Shown here: positions 10,052 to 21,327 of the stretch, in pieces
How the letters are laid out: each line of letters begins with the position of its first letter
Position numbering within the stretch: the first letter of the stretch is position 1
Made by a program: the position numbers and the translations under genes
NCBI GenBank assembly: GCA_946965045.2
Contig: OX337228.1
Span: 5,332,001-5,396,000 of the forward strand
DNA length: 64,000 nt
DNA from: Epithemia pelagica
Taxonomy: Eukaryota; Protista; Bacillariophyta
Reading direction: 5' to 3'
Notes under the pieces: model-generated
Seen by the model: the letters and a program-made list of their open reading frames with translations, nothing else
Told to the model about the DNA's origin: nothing
Databases searched by the model: none

Positions 10052-10905
10052 ATGGCGGCGCAAGACGCTTCACCAAACGAGGCGAAGGACCCAACTGTTG
10101 CAGAGCCCCCTCCTCCGTTGACACAGAAAGAGAAAGTTGCGATGTTAGCTGACGAAGATCCGCTTCTTATATCACAATCTCTGACCTACGTGACTGACGA
10201 TGGCGAAATTCTTTACAGCTTTCAATCAGCTCCTTTTTCGACAGGTGAGCATTGCTCCGTCCATCACTGTGATGATTTGCTCAAGTAGTCTAATTCATCT
10301 TTATATTCTTTCTTCTGTCAGGCTTTAAGATTCAATGTTTTCTGCTCGAAGTTATATTTATTGTATTAATGATAGCAGCTGTTCCAATCGGTGCGCACAG
10401 CACTGTCGTGGCTGTATCCGTCGCTAACTTGGTTTTATTGGCTTGGTTCTGGTACAACTATGTGCGAAGCGTGGAGGTAACAAATGATGGAACTCTTCGT
10501 TTCTGGATCGGTAATATCGAGGTAGATGTACCGTTTGACAAGATTGTGAGCGTTCGGAGAGTCGCCACCTCAATGCCTTGCAGCATCTTTGTCACTTCCC
10601 AACCATATCGAGGCTTCCTCAGTAATCCTACAGACGGGGTGGCGATCGTCACAACGGTCCCTAGTACACCGTTCTGGTTGTGGCCACGGTCGGCAGGAAA
10701 ACCTGATCGATCATGCTGCTTCGGGATGCTATCGTGTCCTCGTTTGACCGTTGTTTTCTCTCCAGCTGGGGGTGGACTTTCCTTTATCCGTGACGTGGAA
10801 ACAGAAATGCGAAATTTTACGAGCGGCGACAGAACTTCAAGCGCGATGAGAAACCATACCACGGCTGTTCCAAAGGCGAACAATCCTGACTATTTAGATG
10901 TGTAA
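10052..10905 (+). CDS. Membrane protein with two TM helices and a possible PH-like (bPH-type) domain; exons 10052-10244, 10322-10905
   Basis: A GTGAGC..CAG intron joins the two ORF-track pieces in frame. TM hairpin followed by VEVTNDGTLRFWIG..VPFDKIVSVRRV. Confidence 0.6.
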
Positions 10906-11395
10906 TGCGTTCAATTTTCTTCGAATTTCTAAATGAACGTCGTGCCATAGAAAGATACTTTTTGATTGCAGGCACGTCCAAATGGTAATTAAGTTTGGGA
11001 CTTGCCATTGATTGTGGACTTTTCAAGTTGCAATACCGTGGTTCTTGTTCAGAGAATGAATGTACTCCTCTCTAGAGGAGTGCAGAGGACGGACAAATCC
11101 CATCAAATAGTGCTCTCGCTACCCGTCAGAAGATAGCTGTAGCTTTCGTAGCGCCAGCCGATCCCTTTATCACGCGAACCGAGCGCCAGAAGCTCTTCGC
11201 CGTCACACACAATCCAAACCGAATTCGTTTACGATCACGCATTTGAAAAATTGGGCAACACATGAAATCCTTGCTTTACTCGCCTTCTTCGAGGACAGAA
11301 TGGCTTTGATCCAGCTACAACATCGATGCGTACCACAAAACTCGACTTTGAAGGCATCCTTAACTGAATAGAGTCTTTTATGATACATCGATGAA

Positions 11396-14383
11396 ATGGG
11401 AAATTATTGTGCAACGTCCTTCAAACATCATCAACACATTCGCGTCAGAGATGGCGGTCCATACAAGTTCAATAAGCGCAAGTACAAATCAAAAGGGCTC
11501 AAGTTCGACGAGAATGTTTTTGATGTCCAAGATGAAAAGGTCCAAGGAAGTCCATTGAACGGGAGGATCTCCACGAATGCTGAAGAAGACGACGCCGATC
11601 GCACTTTGCCCTTGACACCATCAGAATCAATGATCTCAATGTCCTCCACCACATCTTGGGCAAACTCAGAGGGATACTCATCATCTTTGAAGGGAGTCGA
11701 TGATTCAGGTGGCGCAGACAAACCGTGCATGTCGGCATGTAGTAGCAAGAATGACTCGCCTTCCACATGTGCCGCTTCTTCTTCAACGTGTTCACAACGG
11801 AGCAAGAAGCCAGGACGGGCGCTCGAACAGCGATTGAAAAGGGCTCACTATATGAAGATGATTATGAAACTTCCCATGGAGGATCTTAGTTCAGACTTCT
11901 TCGGACTGTCATCATTGTCGAAAAGCAGGAACGATGGTATCGAAACGCCAAGAACATTTGACTTTGCAGGGGGGAATAAATTGTCCAACACTGACTTTGA
12001 AGCAAATCTTCTGGATGGGATGATCTGGGCTGAAATCGATGCAGGATCCCAAGTTCTAGCAATGGTTCTTTCCCAACCAGATCGGACGATCGATCACAAT
12101 GCAACTCCTCTTCTGTTAGCCCTTGGTACCTCTGAAGGCAACATAAAAGTCACAGAGATTCTTAATTATGACAACGGACCAAGACTGGGAGTCACAATGA
12201 ATGTCCAACGTAAATGGAGGATCCGAGCGATTGATTTCTTGCCCGGTGGAGGAAGTTGTTTTGCATGCGGAGGAGATGAAGGTGTTTGTGCACTCATACG
12301 ATTACATGAGAACGGTTCCGTCAAGGTGCTTTCCGAAATAAAACGACTTGATCGCATTTACGCGGCCAAGTTTAGTCCAGACGCCCAGTATTTGGCAATC
12401 GGTGGATACGACGAAGCTGTTGCAATTGCCGACGTAACTTCTCTCACGGCACCTCGAATCGTCGCTGAGATTCGTTGCCTTGGTTTGATCTCGACTTTGG
12501 CGTGGAGTTCCGACTGTCAATTTCTGGCGATTGGAGGTTCTGACAAAGTTTGCTCCGTGGTGTCACAAAGCAGCGGATGGCGCGTGGTTCACGAGATTCG
12601 ACGTCCGGCAGCAATATCTTCTGTCCAGTGGCATCCACAAAAAAAGAGTGGCATGTATCGCTTGGCCATTGGATCGAGCGACATTTTCGTCGTCGAAAAG
12701 AATTTTATGGAATGCCACTCACCGGTTTCTAACGACTACGTCGATTTGACCTTCATCCCTTCACCATCGCGAAAGGCACGCAACGGACGCATCCATGACT
12801 TGTGTTGGTCACCCGACGACATTGGTCTCATGGTTGTTTGTGATAGTAATCGTGATGCAGTCCTGATAGAGACAACAACATTTTCAACCATCCAGGAAAT
12901 TAGTCAAAGCGAAAAAGTCAATTGTGTGCTTTGGGGGGCTGGATTTGTGGCAACCAGAACCGATGAAATCCCGCAAAGTTGCATCGCCATAGGAGGTGAT
13001 GATGGAAAGGTCGTCATCCTGAAAGCTCAGGCCCCTCAGGTTCAAGGAATGAAAGACAACAATGCACTTTCAGACAACATTTCACGACATGTCCCTTCAA
13101 TCGAATGGACTCTCCAAGACGATCCATTCGATGAAATCGTAAAAACACCCCATAACTTCTTCGAAAAAATAGAGCACGATGAATGGGCAACGAGCGAGCA
13201 TGATTTTTGCCATGGCCAAGGTAGCACTTGTTCTATCGTCTCCTCTGCTTCGTTTCCCGAGAAGTGCCAGGATTTTCAAGCTGTTCGTTCTATTGAGTTT
13301 TCCAGGGGAGACAAAGACCAACCTTCCAAGTTCTTCGCATCCGCATCATCCGATGGGTTTGTTACTGTCAGAGCTGTCGATGATTTCAAGGTCTTGTGCC
13401 AGTTGGAGTTTCTGGATCCCATCACATGCATTGCATTCACAAATGGAAGCAAATTCATGGCTTGCGGCTCAAATGACGGCAAAGTTCGTGTTGTGGCTAC
13501 AGAGCCTGTATGGACAATGGTCACGGTGATTGATGTCATGACTCCCGTAGTGGAGTTGATGTTTTCGAAGAACAATGAGCGATTGGCAATCCTTGGCCAT
13601 AACGGGGTACTGAGCCTTGCCGATCCACAAGCACAGTTCTCAAAGACGGGTGTATTGGAAGAGAACTCGATGATATCTGTAATTGATTGGAGTTGGAAGC
13701 ACTTGGCAACAGGACGGGATGATGGCACTGTCAGCATTTACAAGGTGGATACGGTTTGTCGAAACTCAGATTCATTTTCACTCGAACAGACACTTTCGAG
13801 TTCTTGCCCTGTTCGCGCTTTGTCGTTTGAGCCAAATGCTAGGCACTTGGTGGTGGGTGGTGATGACGGTGTACTGTCTGTGTTCAGTTCTGCTGGTGAC
13901 TGGGCCATGGTTCATCGCATTTGTTTTGACTTTGGCATATCCAGCCTCAAATGGAGTCCGTCCTGTCGGCACTTGGTCGTTGCGGGAGCGTCGCAAAATC
14001 AACTGAAAGTATATGACACAGCGTTTTGGGCAAATGTGGATGAAGTCGAAAGAGCCTTTTTCATCTCGGACAAATCTCGTCTTCGTGATGAGACAATCGA
14101 GGAGGACAACGATCAATCTGAATCTCGAAAACGACGAAAGAACCAAAAGGCACTGCTTTCGCTGAGTCAGGATGGCAAGCTACTGGGCTATGCTGACCAG
14201 AACAATGGTTTCCGTCTCATCAACACTCTTTCTTGGGACGTGGCGTATGATATCAACCATCCATCAAGTAGAGCGTCCAGCGACAAGATAACATCCTCGA
14301 CCTTTGTTGACTGGGATGTCTCGTATCTCACATGCCACCCGGACAACTCTGAGAAATCTCAACGTCGCCTCAGACTTCAGTGA
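11396..14383 (+). CDS. WD40-repeat protein, 995 aa, probably two propellers
   Basis: Many WD-like blades (YAAKFSPDAQYLAIGGYD, STLAWSSDCQFLAIGGSD, CIAFTNGSKFMACGSNDG, RALSFEPNARHLVVGGDDG) after a Ser-rich N-terminus. Confidence 0.9.
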   Translation: MGNYCATSFKHHQHIRVRDGGPYKFNKRKYKSKGLKFDENVFDVQDEKVQGSPLNGRISTNAEEDDADRTLPLTPSESMISMSSTTSWANSEGYSSSLKGVDDSGGADKPCMSACSSKNDSPSTCAASSSTCSQRSKKPGRALEQRLKRAHYMKMIMKLPMEDLSSDFFGLSSLSKSRNDGIETPRTFDFAGGNKLSNTDFEANLLDGMIWAEIDAGSQVLAMVLSQPDRTIDHNATPLLLALGTSEGNIKVTEILNYDNGPRLGVTMNVQRKWRIRAIDFLPGGGSCFACGGDEGVCALIRLHENGSVKVLSEIKRLDRIYAAKFSPDAQYLAIGGYDEAVAIADVTSLTAPRIVAEIRCLGLISTLAWSSDCQFLAIGGSDKVCSVVSQSSGWRVVHEIRRPAAISSVQWHPQKKSGMYRLAIGSSDIFVVEKNFMECHSPVSNDYVDLTFIPSPSRKARNGRIHDLCWSPDDIGLMVVCDSNRDAVLIETTTFSTIQEISQSEKVNCVLWGAGFVATRTDEIPQSCIAIGGDDGKVVILKAQAPQVQGMKDNNALSDNISRHVPSIEWTLQDDPFDEIVKTPHNFFEKIEHDEWATSEHDFCHGQGSTCSIVSSASFPEKCQDFQAVRSIEFSRGDKDQPSKFFASASSDGFVTVRAVDDFKVLCQLEFLDPITCIAFTNGSKFMACGSNDGKVRVVATEPVWTMVTVIDVMTPVVELMFSKNNERLAILGHNGVLSLADPQAQFSKTGVLEENSMISVIDWSWKHLATGRDDGTVSIYKVDTVCRNSDSFSLEQTLSSSCPVRALSFEPNARHLVVGGDDGVLSVFSSAGDWAMVHRICFDFGISSLKWSPSCRHLVVAGASQNQLKVYDTAFWANVDEVERAFFISDKSRLRDETIEEDNDQSESRKRRKNQKALLSLSQDGKLLGYADQNNGFRLINTLSWDVAYDINHPSSRASSDKITSSTFVDWDVSYLTCHPDNSEKSQRRLRLQ

Positions 14384-14686
14384 TGCACGTTGAGCGAACA
14401 ATGAGCTGATCTCTTCGGATTGGATTCTATCTAAAAATTAAAAATATCCTTACTTTCTCTCAAATTAGGTAGATCGGTCGGCGTGCGGTTGGGGGAGAGT
14501 GTGTCCGTTGGGGGACTCAGTTTCAGTCCTACAACAAAAATGATGAGTGTCGAGGTCGAGTGGCCATGACTTTGAACCAATGCGCTCTTTCGTTCCACCA
14601 CAATTTCACGTGTTCCTGTTTCCTGTAATTGAATTCTCAAACCTCCACAGAGCAGAGAAACAATCTTGATAAGATAATATTCGATC

Positions 14687-15002
14687 ATGGCCAACCGGGG
14701 AATGGAATGTTTTTGTATGGCAATAGTATGGATTGTCCTTCTTGTCGTAATTGTTTGGCCGATAGCCATGGTTACTGCCTTTGTTTGGGTACTATTGCAG
14801 GTAGGAGAGAACCTATCGCAATTTGTTGGTGCATATCTTTCAACTGAATTCTCACGGATTGTATGGTTTGTCACAACAGCCTTTTGAAACCTGTGCCAAA
14901 TGCTGTCGGTCCTTGCTTAACTTTATGGAACGACTGGTCACATGGCCACGCGATGTGGGCAAAGCTATATTTAACGGCTCAACATCGTGCCCTCGCCCAT
15001 AG
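14687..15002 (+). CDS. Small Cys-rich membrane protein, 78 aa; exons 14687-14800, 14880-15002
   Basis: Spliced: MANRGMECFCMAIVWIVLLVVIVWPIAMVTAFVWVLLQPFETCAKCCRSLLNFMERLVTWPRDVGKAIFNGSTSCPRP. The GTAGGA..ACAG intron is phase 0. Confidence 0.7.
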
Positions 15003-15258
15003 AGTATTGCATCTGCCCTCGTCTTCAAACATACTAGATCGACTTAAAGTTGACTGTGCAGTGAGGCTTCATGGTCGATTCAGAGGCAGAAGCGAGGAGT
15101 CCTCGCCAAAGACTACATCTGAGAAAAGATTCATAGATAAATTCACATTCCATCTATAGGAGTATTACTCTCTGAACAGCTAAGTATGGCATTGGGAAGT
15201 GTTCGAACTATTATATCATTCCAAACTCTTCGTACGACGTAGGGAAGTGTTCGGATGC

Positions 15259-18200
15259 TCAGATCATTCCAAACTCTTCACCAGCCAGAAACGATTCGTC
15301 CGATTCGGAAGCATTGGACGGTGTGTTCGGTTTGTCACGTTGGTAGCGGTTCATAACTACCATCCGACCGTGTCTCGGGCTGGGACTTGACGGCTTTTCT
15401 TTCGCAACGGAGGCTTTGGCTGCTGCGTTAAGAGACTTCTGGTAAGGTGAAGGGGACCCTTTCGCAACCTGAGGTGATCGCCCCATGCTTGTCTTTCGAG
15501 GAGGATGCCCATGCACAGAAGGAGACGAGGCAGAAGGAGCAGAGCTGTGTCTCTTTAGGCTGCTTGCTGAAGGTTTTCCTCGTTGTTGCGGCGAAGCCTC
15601 TTCAGTATCCTCTTCACCGGCAAAGAAATGAGGTGCCTTTGTGTTGGAGCTCGGTTCCGATCTTGGTGTGCCCGACTTGAGCCCGTACATGTTCATATAT
15701 TTACTAATGTTGTCACTCGTTCTGGATGAGCCAGAGCGTGCACTGAACACTGGGGTTGCAAGCCCAAGCTTCTGCTTCGGGCTCGGAGATGACATGGGTG
15801 AATCGTCACTGTATTCACTCCTCGAAAAGGCAAGAGAGTCCACCCCAATACTGGGACTAGGTGGAGTAGGCGGGACCACACTGGTTGTAATAGGCTGAGG
15901 CTTCTTAGCTCCACGGATGGACGGAATGCTTTTGGTATCAGCAATCAATAAACCGCCGTGACTTGGGTTGTTGCCCACATCACTTTGTTCATGACGCATG
16001 ACCATTTCGATCGTGGGTGACGAAGATTCATGACGAACGGTGGGGCTTTGAAGTTCGAAACCGCTCTTGGCCGATTGCGGGAAGGTACTTTTCCGTGTGC
16101 CACCAGAAAAGGAACTTTCAGGAGACGTTGCAGTGGACTGAGAGGCCGAGTATGCAAGCATATCATCCTGACCATCGAGCCATACCCTTTCGAGTACTTT
16201 GTCATCTTTCATTTTCCTTTGTCGACGCTTCTCGCGTTTTTCCTGTTTCCTCTTTTCTTGACGACGAATCTCTTTCTCCACTTCTCGCTTCACCATGATG
16301 AAGAAACGCTCTATAACAAGGGCAGCTTCTTTCTCTTTTTGGCATTCAATGACAACACTCCACCAAAACTGGATACGCTCAGCAGACAAACGTTCCCGCA
16401 TCTCATTGGCCCTTGACGCTGCGAAGGCCTGTTCAATCATTACTTCGTGAACCACATTCCGGGCAAGATATCGACGAGCTGCAGCTTGAATAAGAATGCA
16501 GCATCCCAGTTTGAACTGCTGGTTCTTCCGAGCCATAACGCCACGAGCAAGCGCCTGTAGCTTCGTCGCCTCAAACTGCATAATGATGTAACGCGAAAAT
16601 GTGATAAAGCCTCTCCAAGCCGATTGTATTGTTGTCGCTGCTGAGTCCTCTTCATACTTCTGGATCTCTCGGTGATGCACAACGAAGTGCGACAAATATC
16701 TCCGAGCGACCGACTGAACTCTGATGATGTCAGCCAAATCCTTGACGAAATTGAACTGGGCATTGTGGGATCTCCAAACTGTTTGGATCTTCGTTGCGGC
16801 GTTGCCCACTCGCCTGCGGTTTGCTTCTTGGATTGCCAGCCATCGACGTGCGATTCGCTGTACCAGAAGAATGTCCACTAGACAGAAGATGTAATCGGTG
16901 TATCCCTGGAATCCCCTCCATGCCGCCTGGATCTTAGAAGCCGCGGTTCGTTTCTTATATTTGGTGAAAGCGACAAAACCCCGACAAAGTGCTTGGATTT
17001 TTCGGGTCGCTCGGTACTTTTCGTAGTTATCCATAGCTTGATGACCTCGCCACATTTTCTGAATTTCAGCTGCTGACGAATGCATGAGCGCATCCTTTCG
17101 ACGTGCAGCAATTTTCCGGCCAAGCCAAGTGCGCACAACGCTCTGCACCATAATAATATCGACAACGGCAGCCTTATAACGCGTCGAAGCAATGTATTTT
17201 CTCCATATAGTCTGAACTCGGATCGCTGCAGTTCGCTTTTCGTGGAACAGATCTTTCTGCACTTTGGCACGGTGCGTCTTCTGCAAAATAATCGCACCAT
17301 GACGTTTGTCTGAGTAGCTCGAGTGTGCAAAGAATCCTCTGGCCAGAGACTGGATAATGATAGCAGCGTAAACAGTATCAAACGCCCATGCAGAGGCTAG
17401 ATGGCCCCTCACGATGCGTTGTATCGTGACGGCTGCATTTCGTGACGCCTCGAGTTGCTTTTGTGCACAGTACCCTCGACCAATCCTTTGTATCGTAACA
17501 GTTGCAAGAGTGCAGGCCATGAGATGGGCTTCTGCTCTCCATCGTCTCATAAACGACTGAATTTCTATTAGTGCCCACATTCTGTCGACAGCATGCTTCT
17601 GTGCAAGATATCGACGTGCACAAGCTTGAATTGGAATTGAAGCTTTGGAGAGAAGACGTCTACCAGCACGCTGAATTGGGTCGAGAGGCTCAGGTTCTTC
17701 AGGAGCCGGCAATTCAGGGGCTCGAGGTTTTGCCGACTTACTCGGAACCACTCGTTGGCTTCTACCCGAGATGATATCCATCTCACGCCTGTATCGAAAA
17801 GCCGCAAAACCCATGCTGACCACTTCCCTGTCAATTTCAATGTTTCGATTCATTGGAGTCTTAACAACAGCAGGCTGTGTAATGACTTTATCGGTGAACC
17901 GAACCTCTTTCTTGGAGATACTCAAACGGGATCTAGGCGTCGGCATCTTCGACGACAGCCTTCGTCCTTTGAATTTACCACTGTATGCACGAAAGAATTT
18001 TCTGGACTCGTCCTTACTTCCGGGGGTCGACATATCGGTTGCAACAGATGCAAAAGAATTTCGACCGCGGGCTTGCGAGGCAGGTGTAACGTCGTCATCC
18101 AAGCTTATTGTAGGCTTGTGCCATGCGTTTCGAGGAGATGGATCCCCGTTCAAAGTGTGCAAATACGCCACTGCCTTGGCGTTCATACGTGCCATAGAGG

Positions 18201-21200
18201 AAATCATCAGTTTCTTATTGGTGGTAAGGTCACCTTTGGCAGTCGGGCTTGTCATGGACTCATCACCTTTGGAAGACGCTGCGCTTGCCTCAGCATTCTC
18301 GTTTCTCTTTTGTAGTCTTCTTTGAAGAGGTGATTTTCTCGAAATGGGACTTCGAGTGTGAACGATCCTTTCACCTGTATCAGCATCGTACGTACTGTGC
18401 TCACCAGGTGAAGAAGCAGTGGCTGGGCTGAGAGGAGCCTTTGGCTTTGGAGAGGGGACGTATTCCGCCATCCGTGGCTCAGGTTCCGTTGGTTCTGTCA
18501 TTGTTAAATCACTTTCCTTTGGTGTAGACATGGTTTCACTCAACGTAGTCCTGGAGGCGTTTCTTCTGTACATGTTGTCCTCCGGGCGTGGCTTTTGACG
18601 GGTTCCTGCCATCGAGGGTGTTTTCCTCGAAACTTGCGTAGAACCATGATCCACCAAAGCGCTTTTCACTGGTTCTTCTCGGGAGGAGGATGCGGGTTGT
18701 GACCGATTTCGTGTTTCCTCCGAAGCCGCGGGGGTCAAGGGTGCACGAGGAGACCGACTCGTGAGTGGGGAGGGAAGTGGAGGTGGGATACGTCTCATCG
18801 GAGGCGGTGGCAGGACATTGTTTGGAACTGCCGGAACGGATAGTTCGGAAGAAGTCGGATGCACAGCTCCCACATGCCCGTCTCCAAACGACCCAGCAAT
18901 TGAGACATCTGTGGTGAAAACACCCATTTCGTCATCCCCGTCCCCGTCCGATTTCTTTTCTTCCGCACCATAGTTATCTTCATCGTCCGAGGAGTCAACA
19001 CTTGGTACAGAAGTCAAGTACAGTGGAGGGTCCGGTGCCAGATCCGTAAAGCCGTCAACCACTCCGACCGGACCGCGCTGCATTTTATGAAGGGGAGATT
19101 CCCCGACTGGATCGGGATAGGCGGTGCCATGAGGAGTTTCATCACCACGGGGTGACGGGTCGTGGAACTTGGCGTTGGATCGCTGCGTGGCGTTCTCTCC
19201 CAACGGATCGTCCGTGTGAGGTGGCGGTACCGTTGAATCGATAGTGTCCAATGTACTGACGCGAAGATTGGATCCATGAGAGTTCTTGGCATTTGACGCC
19301 GTATTCGCTTTGTTCTTGGGAGGTTTTCGTACTGTGACGTTGGTGGGCGTGGGCTCATTGACTCGTTTCGCGGCAGCAGCAGGAACTGTCGATCCAGGTT
19401 CTCCAGTCATTCGGAGACTTTCATTGGTAGGGGTGGGTTCTCCAGCTCGCATGCGAGTCGCATTGGTCGGTGTCGGTTCCGTAGGTGTCTTGCTCTGTGT
19501 TTTCCGAGGGATTGTAGGCGAGGGTTCGACTGCAGTCGGTTGAAAGAAGGGTTCTTCAAACGGGTCAATCGATGGTCGTTGCTCAATGTCATGAGGTTCG
19601 TCGAGGTCAAAATTGAAATAATGACCAACGGGTTCCGTGACGGCACTGTCATTTTTCGAAAAGGCCTCAAGGGGATCTCGAGACTTTCGACGATGTGAAT
19701 CGGAATGCAAGGTGGGGCCTGTCAAGGTGGACACATCGTCGTGTAAAAAGGAAATATCAGGACGACTTTTGTTGCTGGTAGGGGGTGACGCCAAGGGTGG
19801 TAAGCGTCCCTCGTCGTCATCATCGTCATCTTCTTCTTCATCCAAATCCACCGGAGCGTGTGCCGACTTGGGTGACTCGCTCACATTTTCCGCATAGGTT
19901 TCAGTGGCCTTTCGTGAGGAGACAGCTTTGGAAGGAGCCGCGGATGAGATGGTCGGTTCGTCTTCCTCTTCTCGTTGTTGTTGTTGCTGCTGCTGCTGTT
20001 GCTTCTTTTTGGCCGCTTGGGCCGTCGTGCCAACCGCGGGTACGGATTGTGTGGAAGAGGAGGTAGTACTCTTGTCATTCTTTTTCTTGTTTCGGCCACC
20101 GCCTCGTTTAAAGATTTTACCAAAAAAACCCTTCTTCTTCTTACCATTGGGAGCTTCGTTGGATTGTTCGTCACTGTTGACAATGACCACTCCGTTGGTA
20201 GTATTGCCAGGATTGACAGTAGTAGAAGAGACTTGTGGTTTGCTCCGAACCGTGGACGCCTGAGTTGGTTCGGCCTGCTGCACCAGCGTCTCGCCGCGAA
20301 CGGATGAGGATCGTGAGACCCCCGCGTTCCCGGACTGGTTCGCAACCACACCCGGTTTCGTGGCCCGGTTCTGGGGCACCAACTCGGTGTTTCGGCTTGG
20401 TACTTGTGGACGCCGATGGGGCACGGATGGTGTTTGGGACACCGAACGAGACATGGCCTCTTGCGACTGAGCATTGCTGTGTGGTTCCGTGGCAAGACTG
20501 GAGGCGGTAGGGGATGCGGCTGCCACTGCCGTTATCGGTTTGTGTGGCACACGAGATGGCAAGGATTCGGTTCGAGTAGTCGCCGCTCGAGTGATTTCTT
20601 CGTAATGCGCATGCGATGACGGTGTCGGCGTTTCTTCCACCACTATGGGTGGCACTGCAGTCGGTGTTCCCAAGGTGGCCCAGCGTCCTCCTTGATCTCG
20701 ACCGGTAGGCGGATCTACGCTCACCACGCTACTGACTTCACTGAGATGATCGGCTAAGGCCCGGTGGCGGCGACCTCGTGTCGAGACAGAGGATTTGGAC
20801 GAAAAGGATTCTTCCGTCTTGGCTGTGAGGGGAGATGAGGCAGTCTGTTTCATGGTCGGAGACGCCTCTTGAGGCGGCTTGAGTCTGGCCAGGCGCGATA
20901 CAGTAGGAGAGGGCTCGTTGCTGTGGTGATTGGTCGGAGAGGGTTCGGGCAATGAATATTGAGACGCAGCACTGGAACTCGCCGGAGGATTGCGATTACT
21001 CAAGGGAGAGGCCGAAGAGGGTGGATCGGCTGAATGAAAGGTGGCTGTCGAGGAAATGGTAGGTTGAAGGACGGCATCTCGAGCCATTCGTGACCTGGAT
21101 CTCGACCTGGACCGCGACAAACGTTGCTGTTGTCGTTGCGGTGGTGGTGGTGGAGGAGGAGGTGGTGGCGGCGCTACAGATGACATGGAGAATTCTGATT

Positions 21201-21327
21201 GTGGTTCTTCACTCGTTTCAATTGTCGACGAATTGACACCGCTTGGATCCACAGTGGGATGAATGTGATTGAAATAGCTAGTTGCACGTCCACCGGCCGA
21301 TAACGAAGCACTGCTTCCACTCGCCAT
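15259..21327 (-). CDS. Large IQ-motif repeat (calmodulin-binding) protein, 2022 aa; IQ array reminiscent of ASPM-like proteins
   Basis: About 17 tandem IQxxxRGxxxR-type motifs in the C-terminal half. The flanks are long S/P/T-rich low-complexity regions with polyP and polyQ tracts. No CH or myosin motor domain was recognised. Confidence 0.85.
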   Translation of the reverse strand: MASGSSASLSAGGRATSYFNHIHPTVDPSGVNSSTIETSEEPQSEFSMSSVAPPPPPPPPPPPQRQQQRLSRSRSRSRSRMARDAVLQPTISSTATFHSADPPSSASPLSNRNPPASSSAASQYSLPEPSPTNHHSNEPSPTVSRLARLKPPQEASPTMKQTASSPLTAKTEESFSSKSSVSTRGRRHRALADHLSEVSSVVSVDPPTGRDQGGRWATLGTPTAVPPIVVEETPTPSSHAHYEEITRAATTRTESLPSRVPHKPITAVAAASPTASSLATEPHSNAQSQEAMSRSVSQTPSVPHRRPQVPSRNTELVPQNRATKPGVVANQSGNAGVSRSSSVRGETLVQQAEPTQASTVRSKPQVSSTTVNPGNTTNGVVIVNSDEQSNEAPNGKKKKGFFGKIFKRGGGRNKKKNDKSTTSSSTQSVPAVGTTAQAAKKKQQQQQQQQQREEEDEPTISSAAPSKAVSSRKATETYAENVSESPKSAHAPVDLDEEEDDDDDDEGRLPPLASPPTSNKSRPDISFLHDDVSTLTGPTLHSDSHRRKSRDPLEAFSKNDSAVTEPVGHYFNFDLDEPHDIEQRPSIDPFEEPFFQPTAVEPSPTIPRKTQSKTPTEPTPTNATRMRAGEPTPTNESLRMTGEPGSTVPAAAAKRVNEPTPTNVTVRKPPKNKANTASNAKNSHGSNLRVSTLDTIDSTVPPPHTDDPLGENATQRSNAKFHDPSPRGDETPHGTAYPDPVGESPLHKMQRGPVGVVDGFTDLAPDPPLYLTSVPSVDSSDDEDNYGAEEKKSDGDGDDEMGVFTTDVSIAGSFGDGHVGAVHPTSSELSVPAVPNNVLPPPPMRRIPPPLPSPLTSRSPRAPLTPAASEETRNRSQPASSSREEPVKSALVDHGSTQVSRKTPSMAGTRQKPRPEDNMYRRNASRTTLSETMSTPKESDLTMTEPTEPEPRMAEYVPSPKPKAPLSPATASSPGEHSTYDADTGERIVHTRSPISRKSPLQRRLQKRNENAEASAASSKGDESMTSPTAKGDLTTNKKLMISSMARMNAKAVAYLHTLNGDPSPRNAWHKPTISLDDDVTPASQARGRNSFASVATDMSTPGSKDESRKFFRAYSGKFKGRRLSSKMPTPRSRLSISKKEVRFTDKVITQPAVVKTPMNRNIEIDREVVSMGFAAFRYRREMDIISGRSQRVVPSKSAKPRAPELPAPEEPEPLDPIQRAGRRLLSKASIPIQACARRYLAQKHAVDRMWALIEIQSFMRRWRAEAHLMACTLATVTIQRIGRGYCAQKQLEASRNAAVTIQRIVRGHLASAWAFDTVYAAIIIQSLARGFFAHSSYSDKRHGAIILQKTHRAKVQKDLFHEKRTAAIRVQTIWRKYIASTRYKAAVVDIIMVQSVVRTWLGRKIAARRKDALMHSSAAEIQKMWRGHQAMDNYEKYRATRKIQALCRGFVAFTKYKKRTAASKIQAAWRGFQGYTDYIFCLVDILLVQRIARRWLAIQEANRRRVGNAATKIQTVWRSHNAQFNFVKDLADIIRVQSVARRYLSHFVVHHREIQKYEEDSAATTIQSAWRGFITFSRYIIMQFEATKLQALARGVMARKNQQFKLGCCILIQAAARRYLARNVVHEVMIEQAFAASRANEMRERLSAERIQFWWSVVIECQKEKEAALVIERFFIMVKREVEKEIRRQEKRKQEKREKRRQRKMKDDKVLERVWLDGQDDMLAYSASQSTATSPESSFSGGTRKSTFPQSAKSGFELQSPTVRHESSSPTIEMVMRHEQSDVGNNPSHGGLLIADTKSIPSIRGAKKPQPITTSVVPPTPPSPSIGVDSLAFSRSEYSDDSPMSSPSPKQKLGLATPVFSARSGSSRTSDNISKYMNMYGLKSGTPRSEPSSNTKAPHFFAGEEDTEEASPQQRGKPSASSLKRHSSAPSASSPSVHGHPPRKTSMGRSPQVAKGSPSPYQKSLNAAAKASVAKEKPSSPSPRHGRMVVMNRYQRDKPNTPSNASESDESFLAGEEFGMI

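Noticed and set aside
15447-20619. Numerous antisense and alternate-frame ORFs within the IQ-repeat gene and other long CDSs
   Set aside because: They are expected shadows of long coding regions and trinucleotide tracts.
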